A stretch of 64,000 bases of DNA from Nitrospinota bacterium (GTDB lineage: Bacteria; UBA8248): assembly GCA_030754595.1 (NCBI GenBank), contig JASLZZ010000129.1, positions 45,184-109,183 of the forward strand, written 5' to 3'. The translations under genes and the position numbers were made by a program. Positions within the stretch are counted from its first letter, which is position 1; each line of letters begins with the position of its first letter. The notes beneath the pieces were generated by a model. That model ran no database searches and was not told the DNA's origin. It saw only the letters and a list, made by a program, of their open reading frames with translations. Shown here in pieces: positions 39,374 through 50,400 of this stretch.

Positions 39374-40291
39374 CTAGACCAGGCGGACGCGCGGGTCCAG
39401 GTAGGAGTAAATGAAATCGACGAGAAAATTGAGCGAGACGAATATCAGCGCGGCGATCGTCACCGAGGCCTGGACCAGCGGAAAATCCTTGGCGTAGACG
39501 GCCTGGATCATCAGCCGCCCGATGCCGGGCCAGGCGAAGATCGTCTCGACGATGACGGCCCCGCCCAGCATGTGACCGAACTCAAGGCCGATGATGGTGA
39601 CGACGGGGATGAGCGAATTCCGCAGGGCGTGGATGTGGATGATCGCCCACTCGGCCAGTCCCTTCGCCCGCGCCGTGCGTACGTAGTCCTGCCCCAGCAC
39701 GTCGAGCATCGAGGAGCGGATGACCCGGGTGTTCCGCGCCAGTGAATAGGTCGCCAGCGTGATCGAGGGTAGGATCAGCTTTTCGAGCCCTCCCCTGCCG
39801 CTGACGGGCAGCCAGCCCAGATGCACCCCGAAAATCAGGATGAGCATGAGGCCCAGCCAGAAAACCGGCATCGCCTGCCCGAAGAGGGCGAATATCATGC
39901 CGCCATAGTCGTAAGGGGATCCGCGCATCGATGCGCTGATGATCCCCAGCGGGAGAGCAAGAACGATTGAAATGACCAGGGCCACGGCGGCCAGCTCCAA
40001 CGTGGCCGGCACCCTTTCCATGATCAACTCGAAGGCGGGCTGGCGGTAGCGGAGGCTCTCGCCGAAATTGCCCTGCAAGGCGCGGCTCACGTAGGTCGTG
40101 TACTGAATGACCCAGGGCCGGTCGAGGCCCATGTCGTGGCGAAGCTTCCGGACTTCCTCGACGGTCCAGTCCTCCCCGACCAGGGTGTCGGTCGGGTCGC
40201 CCGAGAGAAACAGCACGGAAAAGGAGATGAAGCTCACCCCGATGACCACCAGGATGGCCCGGAACGCCCTCCTCACAAGATAGGAAACCAC
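39374..40291 (-). CDS. Peptide/nickel ABC transporter permease (DppB-like)
   Basis: GNFGES, PATLELA, DYVRTARAKG and ETIFAWPGIG. Confidence 0.94.
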   Translation of the reverse strand: MVSYLVRRAFRAILVVIGVSFISFSVLFLSGDPTDTLVGEDWTVEEVRKLRHDMGLDRPWVIQYTTYVSRALQGNFGESLRYRQPAFELIMERVPATLELAAVALVISIVLALPLGIISASMRGSPYDYGGMIFALFGQAMPVFWLGLMLILIFGVHLGWLPVSGRGGLEKLILPSITLATYSLARNTRVIRSSMLDVLGQDYVRTARAKGLAEWAIIHIHALRNSLIPVVTIIGLEFGHMLGGAVIVETIFAWPGIGRLMIQAVYAKDFPLVQASVTIAALIFVSLNFLVDFIYSYLDPRVRLV

Positions 40292-40333
40292 CTATTTCTC
40301 TCCTGACCCAGAGCGGTCTAACCCGGCCTGAGG

Positions 40334-41884
40334 CTATTTCGCCGTCTTCAGGGCGATCGAGGGAAGGTAAATCCGCTCGTCTGGGCGCGGGAACCATTTG
40401 ATGCGCGGGTTCAGCCCGTAGAAATCGTACTGGGTCCAGAGAAAGACCCAGGGCGCGTCTTCGTGGACGATGTTCTGCATCCGGTAGCTGATCTTCTTGC
40501 GCTCGGCGGGGTCGAAAGTCCGGCCCAACCTAATGTAGCTATCGATGAACTCGGGGTTCTTCCAGTCCGTCAGGTTGGCGTAGAGATTCGGCCGCAAAAC
40601 GCCCAGGTCGAGTTCGGCGTTGAAGGCCGAGCTGAAGCCATGGAAATAGAGAGGCGAGAACCGCTTCTTCCACCTCCGGGAGAGATAGACCGACCACTCC
40701 AGCGGATTGACCTCGGCCTTGAGGCCCACCGCCCGGAGATTCGCCGCCACCGACTCGCACATCTCCTTGCCCTTGAGGTAGCGGGCGGCCGGCACATCGA
40801 TCTTGAATTCGACCGGCTTGCCGTCCTTCTCGAGCACGCCGTCCCCGTCGGTGTCCTTCAGACCGGCCTCGGCCAGAAGCGCCTTCGCTTTCTCCTGATC
40901 GAAGGGGTAGGCCTCGATCGAATCGTCCGCGTTGGGGTCGTTCACGACGGTCGCCAGGCGCGAGCCGTGGCCGTTGAGTACGCTCTGCGCGATCTGATCG
41001 AAATTGACGGCGTAGTTTATCGCCTGCCGGACCCTTTTGTCCTTGAAAACCTCGAAGCTTTGCCGAATGCCGAGGTAGATGCGGCGGCCGCCGTGAATGG
41101 CCTTGAGCTGGTTCCCTCTTTCCTCGCGGGCGAACATCGCCCCCTGATCGGGGGAAATGCTGGAAATAATGTCGGCCGCTCCCGCTTCGAGTTCGGCGAT
41201 TCTCGCCGAAGCCTCGGGAACAGGGCGCCACAACACCTTTTTGATCTTCGCTTTGCCCCCCCACCACTCCTCGTTGGCTTCCATTTCGATAAAATCGTCC
41301 TTGACCCATTTCACCAACTTGTAGGGACCCGTACCCACCGGCTTGCGGGAGACCTCCTTCGGAGACGTTTCAGTATAGTGCCCGGGCGGAAGCATGAACG
41401 AATTCACCAGCCAGATCGGCAGCGTCGCGACCGGCCGCTTGGTGTGGATTCGCACGGTGTGATCGTCCACGATCTCCACCCGGTCGAGCTCGATCCGCCT
41501 CGGGACGGTTGTACGGGTCTTGAGTTTTTTATCTCGCATCCGCTCGAAGGTGAATTCCACCGAGCGGGCGTTGAAGGGCTCGCCGTTGGTGAACTTCACT
41601 CCCTTGCGGAGGTAGAATGTCCACACCTTCTTCGAATCGTCGACCTTCCACTTCTCGGCGAGTCCCGGCCCGAGCGTCATGTCGTCCCGGCGGACGACGA
41701 GGCCGTCGAAAATATTCATCAAAAAACTCCATTCGACCGTCGATGAGGCGAAATGCGGGTCAAACGTGCGCGCCTCCACAGTGACCAGGATCGTCAAGGG
41801 ACGGTCGGCCTTGTCCCCGCCGCAGGATTGGAGAACCAGCAGGGAAACCGCCAGAAGAGCCGCGCTCAAGAATCGTTTTGTCAT
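40334..41884 (-). CDS. Peptide ABC transporter substrate-binding lipoprotein (family 5)
   Basis: Lipobox LQSC, LRKGVKFTNGEPF, GTGPY and VRQAIN; ATG 41884. Confidence 0.93.
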   Translation of the reverse strand: MTKRFLSAALLAVSLLVLQSCGGDKADRPLTILVTVEARTFDPHFASSTVEWSFLMNIFDGLVVRRDDMTLGPGLAEKWKVDDSKKVWTFYLRKGVKFTNGEPFNARSVEFTFERMRDKKLKTRTTVPRRIELDRVEIVDDHTVRIHTKRPVATLPIWLVNSFMLPPGHYTETSPKEVSRKPVGTGPYKLVKWVKDDFIEMEANEEWWGGKAKIKKVLWRPVPEASARIAELEAGAADIISSISPDQGAMFAREERGNQLKAIHGGRRIYLGIRQSFEVFKDKRVRQAINYAVNFDQIAQSVLNGHGSRLATVVNDPNADDSIEAYPFDQEKAKALLAEAGLKDTDGDGVLEKDGKPVEFKIDVPAARYLKGKEMCESVAANLRAVGLKAEVNPLEWSVYLSRRWKKRFSPLYFHGFSSAFNAELDLGVLRPNLYANLTDWKNPEFIDSYIRLGRTFDPAERKKISYRMQNIVHEDAPWVFLWTQYDFYGLNPRIKWFPRPDERIYLPSIALKTAK

Positions 41885-41936
41885 TCTCCAAAGAACCTCC
41901 GCCAAATGTCCCTACGCTAACAAAAAAGAAATTAGG

Positions 41937-42887
41937 TTAATAATCGTTTCGCAGCCGGGGGTCGAGATAATCCCTTAGCCAGTCGCCGATCAGGTTAATG
42001 CTCAAGACGGTCATCATGATAGCAAGGCCCGGAAAGGTCGCCATCCACCACGAAACCCTCAGATACTCGCGGCCCTCGGAGAGCATGCTCCCCCAGGTGA
42101 CGATGGTGGGAGGAACCCCGAGGCCCAGGAAACTCAGCGAGGCCTCCGAGATGATATTTCCCGCCACGGCGAAGCTGGCGATGATGATGAGCGGCGACAT
42201 GATGTTGGGCAGTATCTGGAAAAAAAGCACCCGGTAGACGGGATACCCCAGCGCCCGCGCCGCCTCGACGTACTCCATCTCCCGCGCCGCGAGGACCTGG
42301 CCGCGCACGATCCTTCCGTAGGCCACCCAGCGGCTGATGCCGAGGACCACGATGGTGTTCGTCAGGCCGGGCCCCACCACCGCCATGATCGTGATCGCCA
42401 GGAGAATAAACGGAAACGCGAGCTGGATCTCGGCGAACCCCATGATGAAATCGTCTATTTTTCCGCCGAAGTAGCCCGAGACCAGGCCCAGCACAATACC
42501 GATGATTCCCGAGAGGACCACCGAGCTGAGACCCACGAGGATCGAAATCCGCGAGCCGTAAAGCAGGCGGCTGAAAATGTCCCGGCCGAGCGCGTCCGTC
42601 CCCAGAAAGTTGGCCGCCCTCCCCTTCGGCAACCAGGCGGGGGGCTTCAGGCGCTCGCTCACCTGCACCTTCGAGGGATTATGAGGGGAGACCAGGGGAG
42701 CGAAAATGGCGACAAAGAACAGGGCCACGAGAAAAACGGACCCGAAAAAAGCCGGCTTCGTCCGCACCAGGTTCGCAAATAAATGCTCCCAGGTCTGGGT
42801 GTCCACCGGCATGAAGTCGTCGGCCGTGGGAGGAAAAGGCTCGACCACGGTGCCCTCGGGGATTGGTTCGTCGTTTGGTTTAAGCAT
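41937..42887 (-). CDS. Peptide ABC transporter permease (DppC-like)
   Basis: LGTDALGRD, YVEAARALG, EASLSFLGLG and GDWLRD; ATG 42887. Confidence 0.93.
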   Translation of the reverse strand: MLKPNDEPIPEGTVVEPFPPTADDFMPVDTQTWEHLFANLVRTKPAFFGSVFLVALFFVAIFAPLVSPHNPSKVQVSERLKPPAWLPKGRAANFLGTDALGRDIFSRLLYGSRISILVGLSSVVLSGIIGIVLGLVSGYFGGKIDDFIMGFAEIQLAFPFILLAITIMAVVGPGLTNTIVVLGISRWVAYGRIVRGQVLAAREMEYVEAARALGYPVYRVLFFQILPNIMSPLIIIASFAVAGNIISEASLSFLGLGVPPTIVTWGSMLSEGREYLRVSWWMATFPGLAIMMTVLSINLIGDWLRDYLDPRLRNDY

Positions 42888-42947
42888 AGGGAATAATTGT
42901 TCCTGTAAAGCACCAAGCCTGAGCATTCTATCACAGGAAACTAGCCA

Positions 42948-44534
42948 GTGCGGGCGAACCCGGAGAAGCGGGAGACGGTTTGGTCCGCGAACCTCATGAT
43001 CCATTTGCCGGAACAGGCCTTGAGCACTAGAATCCGAACAATTCCGCAAGCCGAATACGCTTCGGACGGATGCCCATTTTTCCCCGGGAGGGGTTCGTTG
43101 AATTCATCCGCCACGCCCGAATTTCAAAGCCGCCTTCTCGCCGCGGCTCCGCCCTCGGCGGAGTTTGGGTTCCAGGGCCTCCGGGCGGCCGATTCCATCG
43201 CCGTGGAGGCGAGCCTTCCGTTGAATTTCATTGTCGCCTGCGACTGGGGACTGGGCTGTGAGAGCTGGACCTCCCGTCTCAGATATTTCGCGGTCGAGCG
43301 GCCGCTGGAGAAAAGGATCGTCTGGACCCACCGATCCATCGTCGAGGCCTACGATGGCGCCTGGGGGGACGGCCTCAAGCGCCACCTCACATCGGGCGAG
43401 GCGCCCCGCGTCGTCGTTCCCTACCGCTCGACCGAGTTCCTCGAACTCCTCGCCGCCGAATCCGGTGGGCTCGTCTCGGTCCTCGCGAACCCCCTGACGC
43501 TCAAAACCCGGCTCGACGACAAGGTGGCCTTTCGCGCCGAGGCCGAGCGGCGGGGGATCGCCGTGCCTCCCGGCGAGGTCGCGGCGGTAGGCGAGCTCGA
43601 AGAGGGGCTTCTCAAGAAATGGGGGCCCCGCATTATCGTCAACGAGCAAATCGGTTCCTCGGGGAACCAGACCCATCTCATCGAATCGGCCGGCGCCCTC
43701 GCGGCCCTCAGGGAGCAACTGATCGAAAAGTCGAGGGCGGACTCGCCGGCCACCGTGACCCGCTTTCTCGAGGGGCCCGCCATCGGAGCCGCCTCGTTCG
43801 TGTTCAGGGGCCGGCCCCGGATGTCCTACCCCTCGGCCATGATCACCGGTCTCCCCGGCTCCTCCATGCACCGCTTCGATTATGCCGGGAGCGACTACGG
43901 CGCCTTCCTCGGGCTCCCCGAGGCCGCCCGCTCGAAGATCAGGGAAAACACACTGGACATCGGAGAATGGGTGGCCGGGCTCGGCTACAAAGGCCTTTTC
44001 GGAGTGGATTACGTCGTCCATCGGGGCGAGCCCTTCGCCCTTGAGGTCAACCCGCGCCTCTTGGGAACGACCCAGCTCATGACCGAGCTCGAGCTTAACG
44101 AGAGCGCCGCGCCCTCCACCACCTACTGGCATCTGGCCGAACTTCTGGGGGCGGGCGTGGAAGCCGACGAAACCTCGGCGGAGCTGGCGCAAATCGGCGC
44201 GTCCGTGCTCACCGGCTTTCAGCTCCTCCTCCGGAACACGCGGCCCCGCCCCGTACGGATTGGACGTGCTATAAACCCGGGGGTCTATATAATTGAAGGC
44301 GAAGCGCCGCGGCACATCAGGAAAGGCCACCGAATCTTGGACCTCGAGGGGCCCGATGAGATTCTGGTCACCTGCTCGCCCCCCGCCGAGGGTACGGTGG
44401 TCGAGCCGCGCGGCGCGTTCTTCAAGCTCGAGGGTTTGGGCGGCCTTCTGGACGAAACCGCCGAGAAGGTGACTCCGCACACCACCCGGCTGGTCGAGTC
44501 CTTCACGGCCGCCCTCGAACTGACAACGGTTTAA
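42948..44534 (+). CDS. ATP-grasp domain protein (putative amide/peptide ligase)
   Basis: LDDKVAF, GSSGNQT loop, FLEG and GYKGLFGVD...LEVNPR. Start uncertain. Confidence 0.8.
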   Translation: MRANPEKRETVWSANLMIHLPEQALSTRIRTIPQAEYASDGCPFFPGRGSLNSSATPEFQSRLLAAAPPSAEFGFQGLRAADSIAVEASLPLNFIVACDWGLGCESWTSRLRYFAVERPLEKRIVWTHRSIVEAYDGAWGDGLKRHLTSGEAPRVVVPYRSTEFLELLAAESGGLVSVLANPLTLKTRLDDKVAFRAEAERRGIAVPPGEVAAVGELEEGLLKKWGPRIIVNEQIGSSGNQTHLIESAGALAALREQLIEKSRADSPATVTRFLEGPAIGAASFVFRGRPRMSYPSAMITGLPGSSMHRFDYAGSDYGAFLGLPEAARSKIRENTLDIGEWVAGLGYKGLFGVDYVVHRGEPFALEVNPRLLGTTQLMTELELNESAAPSTTYWHLAELLGAGVEADETSAELAQIGASVLTGFQLLLRNTRPRPVRIGRAINPGVYIIEGEAPRHIRKGHRILDLEGPDEILVTCSPPAEGTVVEPRGAFFKLEGLGGLLDETAEKVTPHTTRLVESFTAALELTTV

Positions 44535-44553
44535 TTAAAGAAAGGACTCACCC

Positions 44554-45741
44554 TTGACCGGCGTCGATTTTTTCTCCTCCACCGCGCGCGGATTGTTCCT
44601 GCGCGCGGGGGGCCTTGAGCGCGGAGCAGACGAGGTCCCCCTGTCCGTGGAGAACGTTCCGGCGGGTGCGGTCGTTCTCGCCGAGGTCGTCGATGTCCCC
44701 GCCCGCTGCCGGGTGGGGAACCTCGAGATCATCGAACCGGCCGCGGGCGCTGCCGACACCTGGCTCACGCGGGAGGTCGCCCTCATCCGGGGCCAAAAAT
44801 TCGTGGGCGCCATCGGCGGCCGGTTCGCCAACCGCAGCATCAACGGCCACGCCCCCGCGCGGCCCGCCCCTCCCGGGCGCGAACTCGACCTGCTCAACAC
44901 GGGAGGCGTAGTCGGCCTGTCCGCCTCGGCGGATCAGGCCACCGTCAAGCTCCGGGTGCTCGGCGGCGTCGAGCTGGGCGGCGGCCCTGCGGGCGGCGGT
45001 CCAACCTTCGTCTCCGATCTGACCTCGATACCCGAGACCGCCGCCCCCGATGAAGACGACCCGGCGCCGGGGACCCCGCTGGTCCTGATCGCGGGATCGG
45101 ACATGGACGTGGGAAAAACCACCTGCGCCGCCTCGCTCGCGCTCTCACTGCGCGCGTCGGGTATCCGGGTGAGCTACGCCAAGCTGACTGGAACGGGACG
45201 GATGCGGGACCTGATGAAAGTTAGCTACGGCCGGCCGGAGGGGCACTTCGACTCAGACCGCCTGGGCTGGGATTTCGTCGACGCCGGGCTCGCCACCACC
45301 TTCGAGATCGGCCGGGAGGAGGTTCGCCGCCAGGCCAGGCGTCTCCTGAACCACGCGGCCCTGCGGGGGGAGGTTATCATCGCCGAAATCGCCGACGCCC
45401 CCAACGCCGAGGGCAGCATCTACGTCGCCACGGACCCCTGGCTCCAGGGCTGGCTTCAGCGCTTCGGGCTCATCGTTTGCGCTTGCGACAGCGTTAGTTC
45501 TACCCTTACCGCTCAATGGCTAAGAAGTCAGGTCGGCCTGGGCGATGAGGAAATCCTCATCTCCGGACTGGTGGCGAACGATCCCGCCACCCGCGAGGAA
45601 GTGGAGCTCGAGATAGGCCTCCGGACGGTGAGCGTCTCCGCCCCGAGTCAACTCTCCCACCACGGGGGGAAAACCCAGGGTGGCGCGATGGCTGACTGGG
45701 TGATTCGCCACATCATGAACCTGCGAAAGGCAATGCCATGA
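44554..45741 (+). CDS. DUF1611-like P-loop protein
   Basis: AGSDMDVGKTT (deviant Walker A), AKLTGTG, DFVDAG and EIAD; TTG start with AAAGGA RBS. Confidence 0.7.
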   Translation: MTGVDFFSSTARGLFLRAGGLERGADEVPLSVENVPAGAVVLAEVVDVPARCRVGNLEIIEPAAGAADTWLTREVALIRGQKFVGAIGGRFANRSINGHAPARPAPPGRELDLLNTGGVVGLSASADQATVKLRVLGGVELGGGPAGGGPTFVSDLTSIPETAAPDEDDPAPGTPLVLIAGSDMDVGKTTCAASLALSLRASGIRVSYAKLTGTGRMRDLMKVSYGRPEGHFDSDRLGWDFVDAGLATTFEIGREEVRRQARRLLNHAALRGEVIIAEIADAPNAEGSIYVATDPWLQGWLQRFGLIVCACDSVSSTLTAQWLRSQVGLGDEEILISGLVANDPATREEVELEIGLRTVSVSAPSQLSHHGGKTQGGAMADWVIRHIMNLRKAMP

Positions 45742-47384
45742 ATGCCCCACCAGCCCCGGCCTCCCCGGAGGGGGCGACCGCCGAGGCCCCCCTCGCACGA
45801 AGGGAGGACCTCTATCGCCAGACCCCAGACGCCAGCGAGGGCACCTGGGACCTCTTCCGGGTCAGCCGCGAGTTCGACGGACCGGCGGGATATTTCACCG
45901 AGGAGCTCATCTCCCGGCTGAACGCCTGGGCCGCCGGGGACGAGGAGTTCTCGGGCATGCGCTTGAAGGAGGCCGAAGGCCCGGCCTGGCTCCCCCGCGA
46001 GATTTTGCTGCTCGACGGCTCTCCGAACCACCTCCCGCTCACCGCCGAGACGGCGCGCATCGCCGAAGCCCACCTCGGGCGGAGCGGCGCCGCCATCCCC
46101 ATCCATGTCATCAACCGGCGCGATGAACTGATGACGCGGGTGGCCCGGGCGCCGAGGGAAACACTGGTCCTCAGCCAGTGCGCCCAGCGCAGCCTCTACG
46201 ACGCCCGCCTCTCGGAGGTGCTGGTGAGCATGGGGGCGATTGTCGTTCCGGGCCCGCTAACCGCTCCGGACGGTCCCCTCTCCAACAAAGAGCGAACCTA
46301 CGAATTTCTGAACGGCGTGGGCGACGCCGCCGAAAACCAGGCCACCGGAAAAAGCGGCCCCATGACGGCCCGCTATCAGGCCCTCTCCGTGGACGGACGG
46401 GTGGCCCGCGCCACCGCCGAAACCATCATCGACAAGGCCGAAGAGCTCGGGGAGCGGTGGGGAAACTCCACCTTCTTCGTCAAGCCCCAGCAGGGCGGCG
46501 GCGGCGTCGGTTGTTTCCGGATCGATGTCTTCCCGGAGGGATTCGCCCTCCCCGACCTCAGCCGGCTCGGCGTCGCGCCCGAGCGCCTCAGTCCCATGCC
46601 GCTCTCCCTCGACCCCGGCAACCGGGACCATGTCCGCGCGCTGGCCTGGCTGGCCGCCCGCTACGCGGCGAGCCCGGCCACCCGGCGGGCCTATCTCCGG
46701 GGCCGCTTCCTGGCCTCCGGAAAACCGACTCCCCCCCTGACCGGCCGCATCGCCGGGGTGTTAAAAAAGTCCGCTCCGCACCTACATAAAAACCTGGCGA
46801 ACGCCGCGGAGGGGAAGCAGCGCGCGGTCGAGCGCCTCGCGCACGCCATCGAAAATTTCCAACAACTATTCGGCAGGCCCTACCATCCGCTCATCTGCGA
46901 CTGGATCGACTTCAGCCTCTTCAGCGTCCGTGCTCACCTTCGGATGACCCGTAGCGGACCCACGCTCGAATCCCTCTACGCCCGCCTCTTCCCGGTCGAG
47001 TTCACGGACGAGACCATCGGCGCCATAGGTGTGGACAGCATCACCAATCACGAGGGAGAGGGAATGGAGTTCAACCGCTACGTCCCCCTCCTTCCGCAGC
47101 TGGTGGAGTTGGCCGGCGGCGCCGATGCGGTTTGCGGGGCCATCCGAAAGTCATACACCGCCTTCCGTCGTTTCGTTTCGTTCCTCTCTCCCCGGGAGCG
47201 GGAGCGGATGCCGGTCCGGGCGGAATTCGACATATCTCCTCTCAGCGGGCTGATACCTGAGGGGAACGCCGATCCGGTCAGGGGCCACTGCGCCAACACC
47301 CGGTGGAGTTCGTTTCAAACCAACACGGGCGAATGGATCGAGGACGCCATCGCCTACTATTCTTGGAAATCCCGTTCCAAATAA
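45738..47384 (+). CDS. Hypothetical protein with ATP-grasp-like motifs
   Basis: SNKERTYEFL, FFVKPQQGGGGVG, LICDWID and AEFDI...EGNADP; ATGA overlap with the upstream gene. Confidence 0.6.
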   Translation: MNAPPAPASPEGATAEAPLARREDLYRQTPDASEGTWDLFRVSREFDGPAGYFTEELISRLNAWAAGDEEFSGMRLKEAEGPAWLPREILLLDGSPNHLPLTAETARIAEAHLGRSGAAIPIHVINRRDELMTRVARAPRETLVLSQCAQRSLYDARLSEVLVSMGAIVVPGPLTAPDGPLSNKERTYEFLNGVGDAAENQATGKSGPMTARYQALSVDGRVARATAETIIDKAEELGERWGNSTFFVKPQQGGGGVGCFRIDVFPEGFALPDLSRLGVAPERLSPMPLSLDPGNRDHVRALAWLAARYAASPATRRAYLRGRFLASGKPTPPLTGRIAGVLKKSAPHLHKNLANAAEGKQRAVERLAHAIENFQQLFGRPYHPLICDWIDFSLFSVRAHLRMTRSGPTLESLYARLFPVEFTDETIGAIGVDSITNHEGEGMEFNRYVPLLPQLVELAGGADAVCGAIRKSYTAFRRFVSFLSPRERERMPVRAEFDISPLSGLIPEGNADPVRGHCANTRWSSFQTNTGEWIEDAIAYYSWKSRSK

Positions 47385-47471
47385 GCTAGACTAGCGAAAA
47401 CACCCTAGCCCTTCCGGACAATGAGGCCACTGGCCCCGGTCCGGCCCTTTAATGAAAGGCAGAGGGGTTCC

Positions 47472-50400
47472 ATGGCCGGCCTTTTTAAGCGGTTGTTCAA
47501 TGTCCGTGAGGACGAATTTCTCGTCTTCGCCGCTTTCTTCTTCTTCTATTTTCTGATTGGGCTCCAGTTCTCGATCGGCCTCTCCGTCTCCGAGGCCCTT
47601 TTCCTATCACACCCGAAAGTAGGGCCCTCCTTCCTCCCCTACATGTATATTTTCAACGCCCTCGTGATCATCGTCGTGAGCATGGTCTACACCCGGTTCA
47701 CGGAAATGCTTTCGATTCCCTCGATGTTCAAGGCGGTCCTCCTGTTTTTCATCGGGCTGATCCTGGTCATCCGAATGGGGATCTCGGTGGACATCCGAGC
47801 GATGGACATCCCCATCGCCCTGCCGTTCCTCCATACCTTGTTCATGATGTTCACGAACATGGTCCCGAACAATTTCCGGGCCTTCTACGGACTCTATCTC
47901 GATATCCTCCAGGCGAAACGCCTGGTCCCGATTATTTTGACCGGCGGGCGCTACGGCGGAATCATCGGGGGCTTCTCGATTCCCCTCCTGGTCGCCATCC
48001 TGGGCAACGTGGCGAACCTGCTTTATTTCTGGATTGCGACCATCGCTTTTTCGATCTTTCTTATCACGGGAATTCAGATTCGCCTCCGGGACCAACTCCT
48101 CGACAAATCGGAGGCCCCAAAGAAAAAAGCCTCGGCCAAGAGCAAGGCCAAGAGCGGGATATCCCTCCTGGAAACGAACCGCTACGTGGCGGCGTTCTCC
48201 ATCTTCAGCTTCATCATCATCCTCCTGAGAAGTTTTCAGGACTATCAGTACAGTGTCATTTTCCGGCAGGTATTCGAGGACAAGGCCCAGCTCGCCTCCT
48301 TTCTCGGGATGTTCACCGGAATCGGAAGCGCCGTCGCCCTCCTGATTCAGACCTTCATCACCCCGCGAATCATCAGGCACATGGGCCTGGCCACCGCCAA
48401 CTTGATCTACCCCCTGACGACGCTTTTGGGCCTGGCCGCCATGATCCTCTCGCCGGGCTTCTACTCGGCGGTGTTCCTGAGATTCAATAACAAGAACTTC
48501 CAGGAATCCATCCGCAATCCGATCAACGCCCTTTTGTACAACGCACTGCCCACGAACCTCCGTAGCCGCGTGGGGGCCTTCGTGGCGGGCCAGGTCGTCG
48601 CCATTGCAAGCATTCTGAGCGGAGTCATCTTGCTCATCATCCGGCCCACCGGACTCGCCCTCCTGCCGTTGACTCCGAGGTGGGTGGCCGGAATCACCTT
48701 CGTCATCGCCTCGGGCTATCTGGCGGCAGGGTTCTTCCTCAGGAGCGAATACTCCGCCGCACTCCGAAAAATGCTCGAGGAGCGGAACCTCGGCCTCTTC
48801 CGGTTCGCAAAGGAAGGGTTCGGGGATGTTGACGAGGAGAGCATGTCGATTCTCGTCAAGAATCTCCACGAGGGCGACGACGATCTTTGTACATACGCGG
48901 CCGGCATGATCGCCGAAACGGGCGACGCCAAGGCAGTCAGCTTCATCTTGGACGAAGTCCCCCACCGGACGGGCGCCTGTCTGTGCAGCCTGATTCACCT
49001 TCTCGCCCAGACGCCCGACGTCGCCGAAAACCAACGGGTCCGAAAGCTCTGGGAGCAGATGCTCAACTCGAACGACGACGACAGCCGCCAGGCGACCATG
49101 GACGCGATATCCGAGGCCGGCCTGATTGACGAGTACGTGGAGCGGATCCAGGAAAGCCTGGAGCACAAATCCCCCATGGTTCGCTCGCGGGCGATCTGCC
49201 TCCTCGTCCACTCGGACGATCTTTTCTTCCTGGCGGCGGGTCTTCAGACGCTTCACGGCATGCTCGAGGATGAAAGCCCCGAGGAGCGGATCTGCGCGCT
49301 CCGGTGTATCGGGGAACTCGAGAATCCGCGCTTCGTCCGCCGGGTGATCCCCCACCTCTCCGACGCCGACAGTGTGGTGCGCGAGTCGGCCATGGAATCG
49401 ATCGAGCGCCTCCTCAAGGACGATATTGGAGACAGCCAGCGCCTCAACCAAATCATACATGTCGCGCTGGTGGATTCAGACGCTTCGATCAGACGGCGCG
49501 GGGTCCGGCTTCTGGGGAGAAGGGGGATCCGGGAGGACTTCGAGCGCCTTCTCGCCTCCCTGTCCGACCCCGACGCGATGGTCCGTAGCGAAGCGGTGAG
49601 TTCGCTCAAGGAGATGAAACGGAGGGAGGCCCTCACCCTCGAGGGCGGCGCCTTGTTCACCCTTCTCGGGCGATGGCTCTCCCCCTCGGTTAACGGAAAC
49701 GGTCATGAGATGAGCAACGACGAGTTGATCGAAGGGCTGACGGAATTCTCGCTCGAACACCTCCTCGGCGTCTACGAAATTATCAATCACCTCCACGCGA
49801 TCGAGCGCCTGGAGGAGAGCGAGTCCTTCGTCATGCTGCGGAGTACCCTCAACGACAAGGTGCAGGAACGCCAGAGCCTCATCCTCTCGCTCCTCGGGGT
49901 TATCGGTGACGAGAAAACCGTGGACACGGTATCCGAATCCCTCGCCCGGGGAGAGAAAACTTCGCACGCGATCGCTATAGAAACGCTGAGCAACGTGAAC
50001 GCGGTGGGCGATATCCGCCAGGTGATCCTCATGCTCGAGCCGCTTTTGCTCGGCGGGACAACCAGCGAAAAACTCGCCGAGGGCCGCAAAGTGTGGCAAC
50101 TTCAGCCCGTCGATTCCGGGGAAGCGGTCAGGATATACACTGAATCGGCGGACCCGTGGATCCGGGCTGTGGCGGTCGATGCCGCCGGGCATCTCATGGC
50201 GGATGAGCAGGCCGCCCCTTCGGCCGGAGCCGGTGCCGCCGGGGAGAATCGAAGTAAATGGACGAGCCGCATCAACGCGCTGGCCGTAGACGAGGACAGC
50301 TATGTGCGCGAGGCGGCGGTGAGCGCTCTTGGGCGGGTGGACAACTCGGGACCCCGGAAGTGGTTGGACGCCGCCGCCGGCGACGCCGAAGAGCGCGTCC

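Noticed and set aside
47607..49460. 617-aa antisense ORF (likewise 52236-54002, 43104-44480 and 29641-31032)
   Set aside because: Shadows of well-supported genes on the opposite strand.
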